Below, piece by piece: positions 45,276 to 54,842 of a stretch of 64,000 bases of DNA. The number at the start of each line of letters is the position of its first letter. Position 1 is the stretch's first letter. Under the pieces are notes generated by a model. That model was not told the DNA's origin. It saw nothing but the letters and a program-made list of their open reading frames with translations, and did no database searches. Origin of the DNA: a virus. The stretch spans positions 64,001 through 128,000 of the IMG/VR virus record IMGVR_UViG_3300037222_000100; one strand, 5' to 3'. The position numbers and the translations under genes were made by a program.

Positions 45276-46052
45276 ATGACCGCTGAGAGCAAACCCTTCC
45301 TAGGCCGCTGCAAGCAGTGCGACTACGCGGTCTTCACGACCGAGGAGGACATCGGCAAGGTGAACGATCTGGCTGGAGTGCAAGCAGGGCGCACAGCCAT
45401 GAGAGTCTCAGGCCGGGGCGGAGTCGTGGCACGCTGCACAAACAACCACCGGGTCTTCTCACTCAGGCGGATCGAGGGCACCTACAGCGAGGACTTCAAA
45501 TGCGACTCGCGGTGCATGAACGCCAAGGGGCACAAGTGCAAGTGCTCATGTGGCGGGCTCAATCACGGTCGCGGGCACGCGGTCCAGCTTCAGTCCCTCG
45601 GTACGGCCGTCGCCAACATCAACGAGGGCTACGGCATCACTGGCGTCCGGGTCGGTGGCCAGAGCATCTCCAACGACGAGCTTCGCGGGCGTCGGGAGGA
45701 CGAGGAGGACACGGCCGCTGAGCGCCGCCTGATTGCAGCACAGGCCAAGGACATGCGCTACCCCAAACAGCACATCGGGGAGATCGGTGAGAAAGTCTAC
45801 TTCACGGGCGAGCTTCGCCAGAAGCGTGAGATCAACGACTCCATCCTGCATGTGTTCTATACCGAGGTCCACTCGGCTCCTCATAACGAGTTTGTCGGCG
45901 AGGCCAAGGTCGAGTGGTGGATGCCCGCCTCCGTGCCGGACCCCGGCTTCGAGATGGGCGAGGTCTACGACCTCAAGGCTAAGGTCAAGCGCCACGACCA
46001 CCATCCCAAATGGGGCAACGCTACTGTTGTCACCTACCTAGAGGAGGTCTGA
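45276..46052 (+). CDS. Cys-rich hypothetical protein with an OB-fold-like C-terminus
   Basis: CDSRCMNAKGHKCKCSCGGLNHG. C-terminal HIGEIGEKV...LKAKVKRHD. Confidence 0.75.
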   Translation: MTAESKPFLGRCKQCDYAVFTTEEDIGKVNDLAGVQAGRTAMRVSGRGGVVARCTNNHRVFSLRRIEGTYSEDFKCDSRCMNAKGHKCKCSCGGLNHGRGHAVQLQSLGTAVANINEGYGITGVRVGGQSISNDELRGRREDEEDTAAERRLIAAQAKDMRYPKQHIGEIGEKVYFTGELRQKREINDSILHVFYTEVHSAPHNEFVGEAKVEWWMPASVPDPGFEMGEVYDLKAKVKRHDHHPKWGNATVVTYLEEV

Positions 46053-46513
46053 TGGTAGTCCGCGAGAAGAACCAAGCCGCCAAATACCTCCGCGAGCAGA
46101 TCGCCGAGGCGGAGGCCCTTCTCGCAGGGCTGCGCGCGGACGAGGAGGTACTGAAGGATTATCCTCCCGAGACGCCGACGTGGCACTGTGCTGTCATCTC
46201 TGCGTGGTCCTCGGAGGGCGAGCCTAGCTGGTCAGGCGACCTCCAGGCAGCAGACCTACGTGAGGCCGTCTACGAGGCCATGCTTGCCTTCTGCAAGAAG
46301 GCGCAGCGTGTCTTTCCCGGCCACAAGGGCAGCACCGGTAAGGTCTACGACTACTTCGATGTGCAGGGAGATGTGCTTGTCGCGCTACGGCTGCCAAATG
46401 GATCGCTCATTCCGGCTGATAGCGAGAGCGTCGAAAAGCTCAAGCGCGAGTTCAAGCGCAAAGCTTCTACGCCGAAGCCCGTACGCAAACGACCGAAAGG
46501 GATCACGTCATGA
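46052..46513 (+). CDS. Hypothetical protein
   Basis: GAGGAGG RBS; TGATG coupling. Confidence 0.7.
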   Translation: MVVREKNQAAKYLREQIAEAEALLAGLRADEEVLKDYPPETPTWHCAVISAWSSEGEPSWSGDLQAADLREAVYEAMLAFCKKAQRVFPGHKGSTGKVYDYFDVQGDVLVALRLPNGSLIPADSESVEKLKREFKRKASTPKPVRKRPKGITS

Positions 46514-46788
46514 GTCTGTTGATTTGGATCGGAGTCGTCTGGGGCGGAGCTACTCTGGCGATGATGCTGCTGCTCTGGAACAAGCCCTTCTACTGGAACT
46601 TCAAAGGGAACCGCACGCAGCTTCATACGCCTCTGTTCAAGGTCGGAATCTGCGCGTTCTTCGCGGCATTCCTGCTCCTCTCGGCTGTCCCGCACGTCCT
46701 CTTGCGTTTCGTGGGCCTCCGGGGCTTCTGGGACGCGAAGGACAAAAGCTACACGCTGATGAACCCCTTCCGGCGGAGAGGACGGTAG
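46510..46788 (+). CDS. Membrane protein
   Basis: Two hydrophobic segments; ATGA coupling. Confidence 0.65.
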   Translation: MSLLIWIGVVWGGATLAMMLLLWNKPFYWNFKGNRTQLHTPLFKVGICAFFAAFLLLSAVPHVLLRFVGLRGFWDAKDKSYTLMNPFRRRGR

Positions 46789-46812
46789 ACGGCCTCTGCT
46801 ACAATGGGGACC

Positions 46813-47106
46813 ATGGATAACCCCTCAACCGACGCCCCCGTCATCTTCATCGAGGACGACGAGCCCACCGACGAGCAGCTACAAATCGCCTTCCATCGCG
46901 CCAAGAAGGAGTTCGGCGACTGCGTAGCAGATTACGAGAGCGAGGCATTCGAGACAGAGTTCGCAGACCAACTCAATCTCATCCTGAATGAGGAGGCCAT
47001 AGGCAACCTCGTTGAGAAGGGCCTCATGGAGGTTCGTGTCCGCGATGATGGTCATCTAGGCTATGCCGTGACCTCGACCGGAGAGGCCGTCCTGGGGGCT
47101 CTGTGA
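46813..47106 (+). CDS. Acidic hypothetical protein (wHTH-like C-terminus)
   Basis: TACAAT-N7-ATG start; LVEKGLMEV...YAVTSTGEA. Confidence 0.65.
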   Translation: MDNPSTDAPVIFIEDDEPTDEQLQIAFHRAKKEFGDCVADYESEAFETEFADQLNLILNEEAIGNLVEKGLMEVRVRDDGHLGYAVTSTGEAVLGAL

Positions 47107-47223
47107 TTCTACGGGACTGTCCTACATGTGGAAAGCCGCAGCATCTAGAATCGTATGGATCGAGGGGAGCTTGGTACATACACACGATGAGCGGACAAAT
47201 GCCGTGTCAACTTGAAAGGGATC

Positions 47224-47568
47224 ATGACCACAAGAGCCACCACCAGCAAACCCCGCAAACGCCGGAAGGACGCGGGCCGACCCAAGGAACTGTCTGAGGC
47301 GCACAAGGAGAAGATGCGCGTCGCTCGTGAGCGTAAGCGAAAGGAGCGAGAAAAAGCGGAGGTCAAAGACGAGCAGAAGGCGCTCCGCGAAAGCATCAAG
47401 CGACTCCAAGCTCATCTCGCCAAATCCGTACGCGAGGACGACAAAGCGTACGCGCGATACCGTCGCTCTTCGGGCGAAAAGAACTTCAATCTCTGGCTCC
47501 GGGCGAACACCAATCTGCTCAACGCGACCACCGCGCTCAGCGCGCACGAACAGAGGCTCACGGCATGA
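47224..47568 (+). CDS. Basic coiled-coil protein with a NUMOD3-like motif
   Basis: GRPKELSEAHKEKMR; GAAAGGG RBS. Confidence 0.6.
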   Translation: MTTRATTSKPRKRRKDAGRPKELSEAHKEKMRVARERKRKEREKAEVKDEQKALRESIKRLQAHLAKSVREDDKAYARYRRSSGEKNFNLWLRANTNLLNATTALSAHEQRLTA

Positions 47569-47798
47569 AGAAGACCAAGCCAGAACTCCGTGAGGAGAAC
47601 AAGCGTCTGCTCACGGAGGTCGCTCGACTGAAAACGGACATCTGGGTCCTGGAAGCCGACAAGGGCGTGCTTGAACAGCGTCTTGGTCTGCGTCCCAAGT
47701 CCAAACTCATCCCAGAGAGCGCTCATGATCAACAGCCCCTCTCTTCTGTGCTCGTCGGCACCGTTGCTGATAGACTTAGACGAGTCCGCGAAAGGTAA
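47565..47798 (+). CDS. Coiled-coil hypothetical protein
   Basis: ATGA coupling. Confidence 0.55.
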   Translation: MKKTKPELREENKRLLTEVARLKTDIWVLEADKGVLEQRLGLRPKSKLIPESAHDQQPLSSVLVGTVADRLRRVRER

Positions 47799-47836
47799 TA
47801 GACGATGCTCGATGCCCAACGATCAATTGGAGGAAA

Positions 47837-48025
47837 ATGATGCGACGAGTTGTAGTCAGTAGCGACACGGGACGCCTCTACACCTACGAAACCGATCTTG
47901 ACGTTTCGGAGGGTGATGTGGTGCTTTTGCCACCGGGCGGGTCAGACGAGCCTTGGGAGGGCACCGTGACATCGTTCGCGTCCAAATACAAGGGACCATG
48001 CAAGAAGATCATTGAAGTGGTATGA
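47837..48025 (+). CDS. Small hypothetical protein
   Basis: GGAGG RBS; YTYETDLDVSEGDVVLLP. Confidence 0.6.
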   Translation: MMRRVVVSSDTGRLYTYETDLDVSEGDVVLLPPGGSDEPWEGTVTSFASKYKGPCKKIIEVV

Positions 48026-48393
48026 CCGGCATTCCAACAAAGCGCCTACTTCCATTCCTAGCTATTCTGTCTATCGGTCTTGTTGGTTGCGGCTCTACCA
48101 CTATCCAAACCGTAACAGTTCACAAGCCCGCGCCTGTTGTGCCAGTCCAACCAACGTGCGGTTATGTCTGCAAATTGGCTCAAGAATCGGTATCCAAAGA
48201 AGCCGCAGAATACGAAGCCAAGAAGAGAAGTAAAGCATACGCAGAAAGAAATCGTGAAGAATCCCACCGCAATACAGAAGCGGTTGAACTGTTCAACCGG
48301 CAAAGTAGGAACCAGTACCAGGCAGCCAAAGAACGCGAATGGCGTAATGAACATACTCACCAATGCAGTCCGTCCGCAATGTCTAATTGCTAA
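48022..48393 (+). CDS. Putative lipoprotein
   Basis: Signal peptide with lipobox LVGC; lower-GC segment. Confidence 0.65.
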   Translation: MTGIPTKRLLPFLAILSIGLVGCGSTTIQTVTVHKPAPVVPVQPTCGYVCKLAQESVSKEAAEYEAKKRSKAYAERNREESHRNTEAVELFNRQSRNQYQAAKEREWRNEHTHQCSPSAMSNC

Positions 48394-48411
48394 TCAGGTC
48401 TTGATCCAGAC

Positions 48412-48909
48412 GTGAGCTACGACCAGAAAGCATACAAGAAACAATATGACCTCGATCACAAAGAGGAAAAGAACGAAAAGGGTAAATCTTACTATATCGC
48501 GAACCGCGAGACTATCAAAAAGAAATCTCGTAAACACTACGAAAAGAATAAAGAGGCAATTCAGGCCCAACGTCGCGCAAAAGTTCTATCTAGCCTAACC
48601 TCCCAAGCCGTTAGATGCGCAGCCGTAAAGCGATGGCAAAAGAGAAATCCCGAGAAGGCTCGGATAATCAACACTAACGCGGGTAAAGATCGTAAAGCGC
48701 GAAAGCTCAAACAGTTCGTTGAGCACATCGACCGTGCCGTAGTCTATGAACAGCACGACGGAATCTGCGGCATCTGCGAAAAGCCCATCGTGGGAAAGTT
48801 CCATGTAGATCACATCATGCCGCTTGCCAAAGGTGGTTTGCACTGCTATACTAATGTGCAAGTTGCTCATCCGAAGTGTAATTTGTCCAAGAAGGACAAA
48901 ATCCTATGA
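48412..48909 (+). CDS. HNH homing endonuclease
   Basis: CGICEK...FHVDHIMPLAKGGLHCYTNVQVAHPKCNLSK; A-rich sequence. Confidence 0.92.
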   Translation: MSYDQKAYKKQYDLDHKEEKNEKGKSYYIANRETIKKKSRKHYEKNKEAIQAQRRAKVLSSLTSQAVRCAAVKRWQKRNPEKARIINTNAGKDRKARKLKQFVEHIDRAVVYEQHDGICGICEKPIVGKFHVDHIMPLAKGGLHCYTNVQVAHPKCNLSKKDKIL

Positions 48910-49268
48910 CCGATATTCCCCCCGATCTCAAGCGCTTGCTCGATCCCGGTCAATCGCCTGATCCCGATCCTGGTCCCATACAATTTTTGTGGGTCTATGA
49001 CCCCGTAGAGAATGAGGTCCACGTCGATCACAACGAAGATCGGCACCCGACTGAGCGCATCACGCACAAAGACTTCAAGACCGATGTGACGCACGAGAGC
49101 GCTGTGCGTGGTTTCGCCTACCGCATCAAGGGCGGTTGGAGGATCACTGATCGAGACAGCCAGGAGGTCAAGGACCCATACATCGTGAAGCTTGTGATCG
49201 CCGCTCTCAAGGGCGAGCCCGCTGCACAGCCGGGACCACATCCGCGTCCCCATGGCATGCCATCATGA
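48906..49268 (+). CDS. Hypothetical protein
   Basis: AAGGA RBS; ATGA coupling. Confidence 0.65.
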   Translation: MTDIPPDLKRLLDPGQSPDPDPGPIQFLWVYDPVENEVHVDHNEDRHPTERITHKDFKTDVTHESAVRGFAYRIKGGWRITDRDSQEVKDPYIVKLVIAALKGEPAAQPGPHPRPHGMPS

Positions 49269-49561
49269 GCGAGCTAAGCACGTTCCCGAGCATAGAGCAC
49301 TCGATCAAGGAGATCGTTGAGCGACGCCAGAACCATGTCGTATCTGGTGCGCCCCATGACTCGTTGACGGATTACATTGGCGAGCTACAGGCAAAGCTCA
49401 ATCGCATCTACACGCTCGCCGATGAAGCTCGCGGATGCGTCGGACAGATCGATCACACGTTCGGTCAGGCGCAGCAGACGAACGAGGACTGCGAACTGTG
49501 CCAGGCTAAGGTTGCCCTGGACGAGATTCGTCGTGAGGCGAATCTGTCGCTGCGGCCGTAG
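49265..49561 (+). CDS. Hypothetical protein
   Basis: ATGA coupling; H...CELC motif. Confidence 0.6.
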   Translation: MSELSTFPSIEHSIKEIVERRQNHVVSGAPHDSLTDYIGELQAKLNRIYTLADEARGCVGQIDHTFGQAQQTNEDCELCQAKVALDEIRREANLSLRP

Positions 49562-49826
49562 CCTCTTTGCGTCGCGTCATCTCATTGATATGTTCGCGAT
49601 TGATCTTCCCGTCACTGGGCACATGGGGATGATGTACGTGGCAGAGTTTCAGATGGCCGTGCGTGAAGCGCCCCAGTCGATGACATCCTTCCTGGTTGCA
49701 TTCGAAATGATGCCAAGCCCCAAAGAATAGAGCTAGTCCCCCAAGCCCCTCGACACAGGCGATGACTTCGGTCCAGGAGGACGTAAATGGGATGTGGCTG
49801 AGGATGCTAGCGAGTAGAACGATCAT
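49506..49826 (-). CDS. Membrane-anchored protein with a Cys/His zinc-like motif
   Basis: TAATAGACG-ATG start; hydrophobic N-terminal half; CNQEGCHRLGR...CHVHHP. Confidence 0.65.
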   Translation of the reverse strand: MIVLLASILSHIPFTSSWTEVIACVEGLGGLALFFGAWHHFECNQEGCHRLGRFTHGHLKLCHVHHPHVPSDGKINREHINEMTRRKEATAAATDSPHDESRPGQP

Positions 49827-49870
49827 CGTCTATTAGCTTGCAGAAGGAGGTTCGATCTTGCAAGACGCGC

Positions 49871-49899
49871 TTGAGATACGCTATGGACTTTGGTATACT
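49871..49899 (+). promoter_or_regulatory. Sigma-A-type promoter with extended -10, leaderless
   Basis: TTGAGA-N17-(TGG)TATACT, then 7 nt to ATG 49907. Confidence 0.8.
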
Positions 49900-49906
49900 A
49901 TGGGAT

Positions 49907-50680
49907 ATGACCAAGGCACAGATTGACCCCCGCCAGCACGACGAAGCCACCGCCGCCCTGTACTTCGAGCTTGACGAGGCGCAGCGCCATCTCGCCCGCG
50001 CCATCGCCCGCGTGATCAGGTCCGCTGGCGTCAAGGAGCACCGCTTCGGCAAGGACACGAAGCGCGGGTGGGGCTCCGAAGACGAGTACTACCCCTACGA
50101 CGAGGCTGTCGAGCGCGTCGAGGACAAGAGCCTCCTGGACGAGGTTGATCACGCCGAGGCCGAGATCGCTAGCCTCGACAACGCGATCTTCGCCGCCGAA
50201 GCCAAGTACACCGGCTGGAGTCGCTTCTTCCTCGTGACGAGCAGTATGGGCCACATCCATTCCTCGATGCACTGCGACACCTGCTACGACAGCACGACCT
50301 ACGGCTGGCTCCCTGAGCTTTCCGGTCTGCTTGAAGCTCACGCGGTTATGGCCCACGGTGAAGTTCTCTGCACGCGCTGTTTCCCGAGCGCCCCGGCTGG
50401 CGACACGATCAGCGTCGCCAAGGCCGCGACACTCGCATGGTCACCTGACCGCGACGAGAAAAGAGCTAAGGCCGAGGCTGCTCGCGAGGCCAAAGCTGCC
50501 GCCAAGATCAAGAAAGCTGCGAGCAAACTCAAGTACGACGAAAGCCTCGCACACAAGGTCAACGCCCTCTTCGACCTGGATGTGCCGGATGTCTACCACT
50601 GGACCTGGGACCACAAGGGCTACGACAACGCCTACTTCGTCTACAGCGACATGGGTCGGAGGGCAGCATGCGCTTCCTAA
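49907..50680 (+). CDS. Actinophage-type hypothetical protein (His/Cys motif)
   Basis: GWSRFFLV...GHIHSSMHCDTC...WLPELSG...LCTRCFPSAP. Confidence 0.75.
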   Translation: MTKAQIDPRQHDEATAALYFELDEAQRHLARAIARVIRSAGVKEHRFGKDTKRGWGSEDEYYPYDEAVERVEDKSLLDEVDHAEAEIASLDNAIFAAEAKYTGWSRFFLVTSSMGHIHSSMHCDTCYDSTTYGWLPELSGLLEAHAVMAHGEVLCTRCFPSAPAGDTISVAKAATLAWSPDRDEKRAKAEAAREAKAAAKIKKAASKLKYDESLAHKVNALFDLDVPDVYHWTWDHKGYDNAYFVYSDMGRRAACAS

Positions 50681-51204
50681 TCATCCTCCTCACGCTCTGC
50701 TCTCTCACTCTTCCTACAATCGCTTCCGCTACCGACGTAACCGATATTCCGGTCGTGCAACAAGACCTCGCCATCGCCACTCAATACTGGGGCGTCACGA
50801 TATCGCCCTACGCGGTCGAAGTCAGACCCCTCGTACTGACGGGTGCCGTAGCCGAATCGGAACAGCCGGGTCATTCGCAGCGCCTTTCGGCTGAAACGGC
50901 GCGCGCTCTCTTGCCAAAGACGAGCGAATACAGATGGGCTTGTGTCATCATCGTTCACGAGTACGGACACTCGACCGGCCACGGACATGTTACTGACCCG
51001 AACAATGTCATGTATCCGGCTCCGTCTGCTGACTCGGTTCCCGGATGCAACGCAGCTTTCCCATCGCTGGAAGAAGAGGCGCACGCTGAAGTCAGAATTG
51101 AACAGGCCGAAATCAAGAACGAAAACAGGGCAGCCGCTAAGCGTCATCGCAGCGCAGCCCAAAAGCACCACCGCCATCACCATCACGCTAAAAGGAAACG
51201 CTGA
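50668..51204 (+). CDS. Secreted matrixin-like (metzincin) metalloprotease
   Basis: Signal peptide. HEYGHSTGHGH (HExxHxxGxxH) and Met-turn NVMYP. Confidence 0.85.
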   Translation: MRFLIILLTLCSLTLPTIASATDVTDIPVVQQDLAIATQYWGVTISPYAVEVRPLVLTGAVAESEQPGHSQRLSAETARALLPKTSEYRWACVIIVHEYGHSTGHGHVTDPNNVMYPAPSADSVPGCNAAFPSLEEEAHAEVRIEQAEIKNENRAAAKRHRSAAQKHHRHHHHAKRKR

Positions 51205-51205
51205 G

Positions 51206-51700
51206 ATGTCTAACCTGCTCGAATGGGAGGGACCTGACGACGCACCGCTGTCGGACGTGTCTGCTTGGGTCGATGCGAATATCAAGGAGGGCGTCGTCTG
51301 TCCGATCACCGGGCGTACGATCAAGATGTGGGTGCAGAAGCTCGACACGAACATGGCGCAGAGCCTCATTCGCCTGTACAAAGTTGCTCCATCGAGAGCC
51401 TTCGTCCACTATCCCACGGCGCTCGCGCACCTGACCCCCAAAGGCCAAGACAACCACAAGATCAGCCAACTCAAGTGGTGGTACTTTGTCGAGGAGGAGT
51501 TGACGCTGCGCCCGGATGGAGGACGCGCTGGCTATTGGCGCATCACCGAGCCAGGAATCAAATTCGTCCTGGATGAGATCAAGGTGCCCGCCAAAGCTTT
51601 GACCTGGAGAGGCGAAGTCGAAGACTGGTCGGGCGAGGAAATCGGAATCACCGACGCCCTCGGTGAGAGCTTCATCTACAGGGAGCTAATGGACGCATGA
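51206..51700 (+). CDS. Hypothetical protein (winged-helix-like)
   Basis: AAAGGA RBS; SQLKWWYFVEE...GYWRITEPGIKF. Confidence 0.7.
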   Translation: MSNLLEWEGPDDAPLSDVSAWVDANIKEGVVCPITGRTIKMWVQKLDTNMAQSLIRLYKVAPSRAFVHYPTALAHLTPKGQDNHKISQLKWWYFVEEELTLRPDGGRAGYWRITEPGIKFVLDEIKVPAKALTWRGEVEDWSGEEIGITDALGESFIYRELMDA

Positions 51701-52239
51701 GTGGACATTGGTGGACATACGATGATGGCGGTCGTGCCGCTGCGGGCTACAAGGGCACCACAGGAGACTGCGTGACGCGCTCTATAGCCATCGCCACGGG
51801 TCTGCCCTACCAGGAGGTCTACGATGCCCTGAACATCGCTCGTGCGCACCCTGTCGCGGCTAGTCCGGCAACGAGACGCAAGCTCATCAACTCCTCTGCG
51901 CGTACGGGACTCCATCGACGCACCTATCAGCAGTTCTTGGAGGACATCGGTTGGGTCTGGACCCCCACCATGAGCATCGGCTCAGGATGTCGCATGCATC
52001 TCTTGCGCGATGAGCTTCCTTCTGGTAGACTCATCTGCAAAGTGAGCAAGCATTTGGTCGCCGTCATCGATGGCGTCATTCGAGAGTCTCTAATGGAGAA
52101 GCGCCCACCGCAACCCCCTCCGACCTCAGAAGCCGTGTCTTCTGGCGTTGGCTGCTCTCGCTGTGGCTGTCGCCCCCGAGCACCCCAAGACATCGTATGC
52201 GACCCCTGTCGCAAGAAGCTTGACAAGGAGAAATCATGA
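51697..52239 (+). CDS. Phage GDCV-motif protein, apparently fused to an unrelated zinc-finger tail
   Basis: DDGGRAAAGYKG.TGDCVTRSIAIA...SKHLVAVIDGVI, then an abrupt switch to a Pro-rich CxxC tail. Confidence 0.6.
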   Translation: MSGHWWTYDDGGRAAAGYKGTTGDCVTRSIAIATGLPYQEVYDALNIARAHPVAASPATRRKLINSSARTGLHRRTYQQFLEDIGWVWTPTMSIGSGCRMHLLRDELPSGRLICKVSKHLVAVIDGVIRESLMEKRPPQPPPTSEAVSSGVGCSRCGCRPRAPQDIVCDPCRKKLDKEKS

Positions 52240-52607
52240 AGCGCAGAATCTTCAATTACGAACTCCAGGCCGAGGGACGCCAGATGATCCAGATTCCCAA
52301 GGGCTCCGATGTGATTGGCGTGGTCGAGAAGTACGGACTGCCATTCCTCCTCGCTGTCGTTGATGAGGACCAGCCTGTCGAGCCGCGCATCTTCCGCATC
52401 GTGACCACGGGCGAGGTCTTCAACTACGAACGCCTCTGGTTCGTCGGGACCATGCGCCTGGGCGGCAACGGCAAGGAACCGTGGTATACTGCCCACGTCT
52501 TCGAGGTCGAGACAGCCTTGCCGCAACTCAACCCCGATCCCATCGAGGATCGCTTTCAAGACGATCTAAAGGAGCTACAGCGTGAGTACGCAGAGCCAGT
52601 ATCCTGA
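52236..52607 (+). CDS. Hypothetical phage protein
   Basis: AAGGAG RBS; RIFNYEL...FRIVTTGE...FVGT...HVFE. Confidence 0.75.
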   Translation: MKRRIFNYELQAEGRQMIQIPKGSDVIGVVEKYGLPFLLAVVDEDQPVEPRIFRIVTTGEVFNYERLWFVGTMRLGGNGKEPWYTAHVFEVETALPQLNPDPIEDRFQDDLKELQREYAEPVS

Positions 52608-52842
52608 GCACGACAAGCTGAAGGCCGTCCAGGAGGAATCACAGTGCATCGGGGAGTTCCTCGATACCTGTGGCTACACGCTCGCCAAGTGGAGCAAGGA
52701 GCCCCATCTGGTTGACTACGCGGAGCTTGTCCCGGTGGGCAACATCCCAGACATCCTTGCCGAGTACTTCGACATCGACCAGAACAAGCTGGAGGAAGAG
52801 AAGCGCGCCATGCTGGAGAAGATGAGGACGGCCAACGCATGA
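52582..52842 (+). CDS. Hypothetical phage protein
   Basis: AAGGAG RBS, GTG start; YPEHDKL...SQCIGEFLD...LAEYFDID..KLEEEKRAML. Confidence 0.75.
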   Translation: MSTQSQYPEHDKLKAVQEESQCIGEFLDTCGYTLAKWSKEPHLVDYAELVPVGNIPDILAEYFDIDQNKLEEEKRAMLEKMRTANA

Positions 52843-53123
52843 ACGCTGCCGTCGAGTCCGCCTTGATGCGCACGCTCCTCGCAGAGCAGCGTCGGAACAT
52901 GATCCGCGAGGTACGCCGCTCTTGGCCTCATCTCAAGGAGCACCAAGCGGAAGAGGCTGTGGATAATGCCACGGTCGCAGAGGGCGCTTTCGGGTCCTCC
53001 GCTATCGTGGCATCGATCCTCGACAGGAAGGGTAGGGAGCAAGGAAATGTCTCCTGGGGCTTCGATGGCGAATGTCCCACCTGCGAGCAGTCCGTACGAT
53101 TCAAAAAAGACGCCCAGCAATGA
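52839..53123 (+). CDS. Hypothetical protein
   Basis: ATGA coupling at both ends. Confidence 0.6.
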   Translation: MNAAVESALMRTLLAEQRRNMIREVRRSWPHLKEHQAEEAVDNATVAEGAFGSSAIVASILDRKGREQGNVSWGFDGECPTCEQSVRFKKDAQQ

Positions 53124-53458
53124 AGCTACAACTCAATACGCTCGGTCATCCGCAAGAGCCCGTCATAGGCGAAGTCGAGATCGCGCTTTCTCGACGCAAC
53201 CTGCTCGCGCTCCTGCACAAGCTCGACTGGGAGGGTTCCGCGCGAACCATCCAGAAGATGGTCGGAGGAGTAGTCCTCACGGTCGTGGCCGAGGATGACG
53301 ACGAGCATTACGGCGACGATGGTGCTGGAGTCATGCACGACGAAACGGAGCGTTTCATTGAGACGCACGAGGAGACGCGACGTGAGGCCCGTGAGAGGAT
53401 CAGACACGAACGCATCGAGGACGAGAATGATATTGCGCGATTCGAGGGCGGTGAGTGA
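53120..53458 (+). CDS. Hypothetical protein
   Basis: ATGA coupling; LSRRNLLALLHKLD...SARTI motif. Confidence 0.7.
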   Translation: MKLQLNTLGHPQEPVIGEVEIALSRRNLLALLHKLDWEGSARTIQKMVGGVVLTVVAEDDDEHYGDDGAGVMHDETERFIETHEETRREARERIRHERIEDENDIARFEGGE

Positions 53459-54072
53459 TGGGCCTCCTTGCATGCACCCCCAGTCTCACTGACGAAATCC
53501 GTAACGCGCGCAATGCCGGTCGCACTCCGCGTGTGCATCCGAATGGCTTCCTTCAGCTAGACCTGGAGCCCGACCGTATGTCCACGGGTAGGCCCATCGC
53601 AAAGCGTCGGCTGCACATCTTTGATGACCGGCTGCCGCGTCAGAGCGTGCGTACATCGGTCCACGATCACATCTTCGACATGTCCTCCTTCGTCCTGAAG
53701 GGGACCATTCTGAACGATACCTACATCACGGTGCCCGATGAGGAGGGCGACCTGGAAATCCACCAGGCGCAGGCGACGAAGGGTATGGAGACGAACCTAG
53801 TCTCAACTGGTCATCGCTGCACGCTCAGGCTCAAGCACACCGAGCACGTCTACATGGGCGAATCGTACAGGTTCCCTGCCCTTACCTTCCATGACTCTCG
53901 CCACGAAGGCGTGGCTGCCACGATCATGACCAAGGGAGACACGTTCCCTCTCAAGACTCCGCGAGTGCTCGTGCCGGTGGACGCAGAGCCCGACAACAGC
54001 TTCAGCCGGGAAGAGCAGGACATCCCGGCGCTGTGGACTCTGATCGAGGACACCTTTAGCTTCCAGCTATGA
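53458..54072 (+). CDS. Cupin / cysteine-dioxygenase-like protein
   Basis: HPNGF...RLHIF...VHDHIFDMSSFVLKG...GESY.F....FH. Confidence 0.65.
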   Translation: MGLLACTPSLTDEIRNARNAGRTPRVHPNGFLQLDLEPDRMSTGRPIAKRRLHIFDDRLPRQSVRTSVHDHIFDMSSFVLKGTILNDTYITVPDEEGDLEIHQAQATKGMETNLVSTGHRCTLRLKHTEHVYMGESYRFPALTFHDSRHEGVAATIMTKGDTFPLKTPRVLVPVDAEPDNSFSREEQDIPALWTLIEDTFSFQL

Positions 54073-54842
54073 TCTTTACCATCATCCTCGCCGTCCTCTG
54101 TGGATGCTCGATTCTCACGGTGACGCTCGGCACACATCAGTTCGTTACGTCCATTCAGCCGACCAACGAGCAGCAGCGTATACGTCCGACAAAGTTCGAC
54201 AGGCTCATCGAGGCGTACATGAAGAGTGACCCTGCTGACGTATCCGCCACGATTGAGTTCTTGCTGAAGGCGGAGACGCTAACTGACCCCTTTGCCGAGG
54301 CTCCTGCGCCAGCATTCAATCCTCCCCCAAAGCCTTCTGACGCCGCCACAAGTGCGCGCCCGGCGAAGTTCCGTCGAGGGGCCTACGATGTCATAGATGA
54401 TCTTGAGCGGTCCTATGCCATGACCTATGGCGTCCCGACATTTGCGCTCCAGTGCCAGCTATGCGGAGAAATCGGGTCCTTCAGCAGCGGCACATGTCAT
54501 GCCTGTGGCGGGAGGGCAACACATCCATCATGGGTGATCTGGCACGAGGGTCATGGCGTGGATTACTACGACAAACAGAAGATGGAAGTGGACGCTTACC
54601 GGATGCAGAAGGCAGGCAAGAAGATCACCGTCTTCGATTCGAACGGCAAGCAACTATTCGTGGCTCCGTCACCGCGCTTGATCCAAGAGCGTCATCGCAC
54701 ACGCGACAAACGAGGACGCTTCGTAAAGCAGAGCAAGCATGATTGTGAGTGCGGCTTGTGCTCTGGAACGGGGATGATCTACCCGATGGATGAGCCCTAC
54801 CCCATTCGTCCGCCTCTCCCAGGTAGACTGATTCGGGCCTAA
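54069..54842 (+). CDS. Membrane-anchored protein with zinc-ribbon motifs
   Basis: N-terminal TM segment; CQLC...CHAC and CECGLC; RDKRGRF motif. Confidence 0.65.
   Translation: MIFTIILAVLCGCSILTVTLGTHQFVTSIQPTNEQQRIRPTKFDRLIEAYMKSDPADVSATIEFLLKAETLTDPFAEAPAPAFNPPPKPSDAATSARPAKFRRGAYDVIDDLERSYAMTYGVPTFALQCQLCGEIGSFSSGTCHACGGRATHPSWVIWHEGHGVDYYDKQKMEVDAYRMQKAGKKITVFDSNGKQLFVAPSPRLIQERHRTRDKRGRFVKQSKHDCECGLCSGTGMIYPMDEPYPIRPPLPGRLIRA

Noticed and set aside
47103-47297. 64-aa ORF as a confident gene
   Set aside because: It has GTGA coupling and a CxxC, but its 3' part overlaps the better-supported 47224 gene. Left uncalled.
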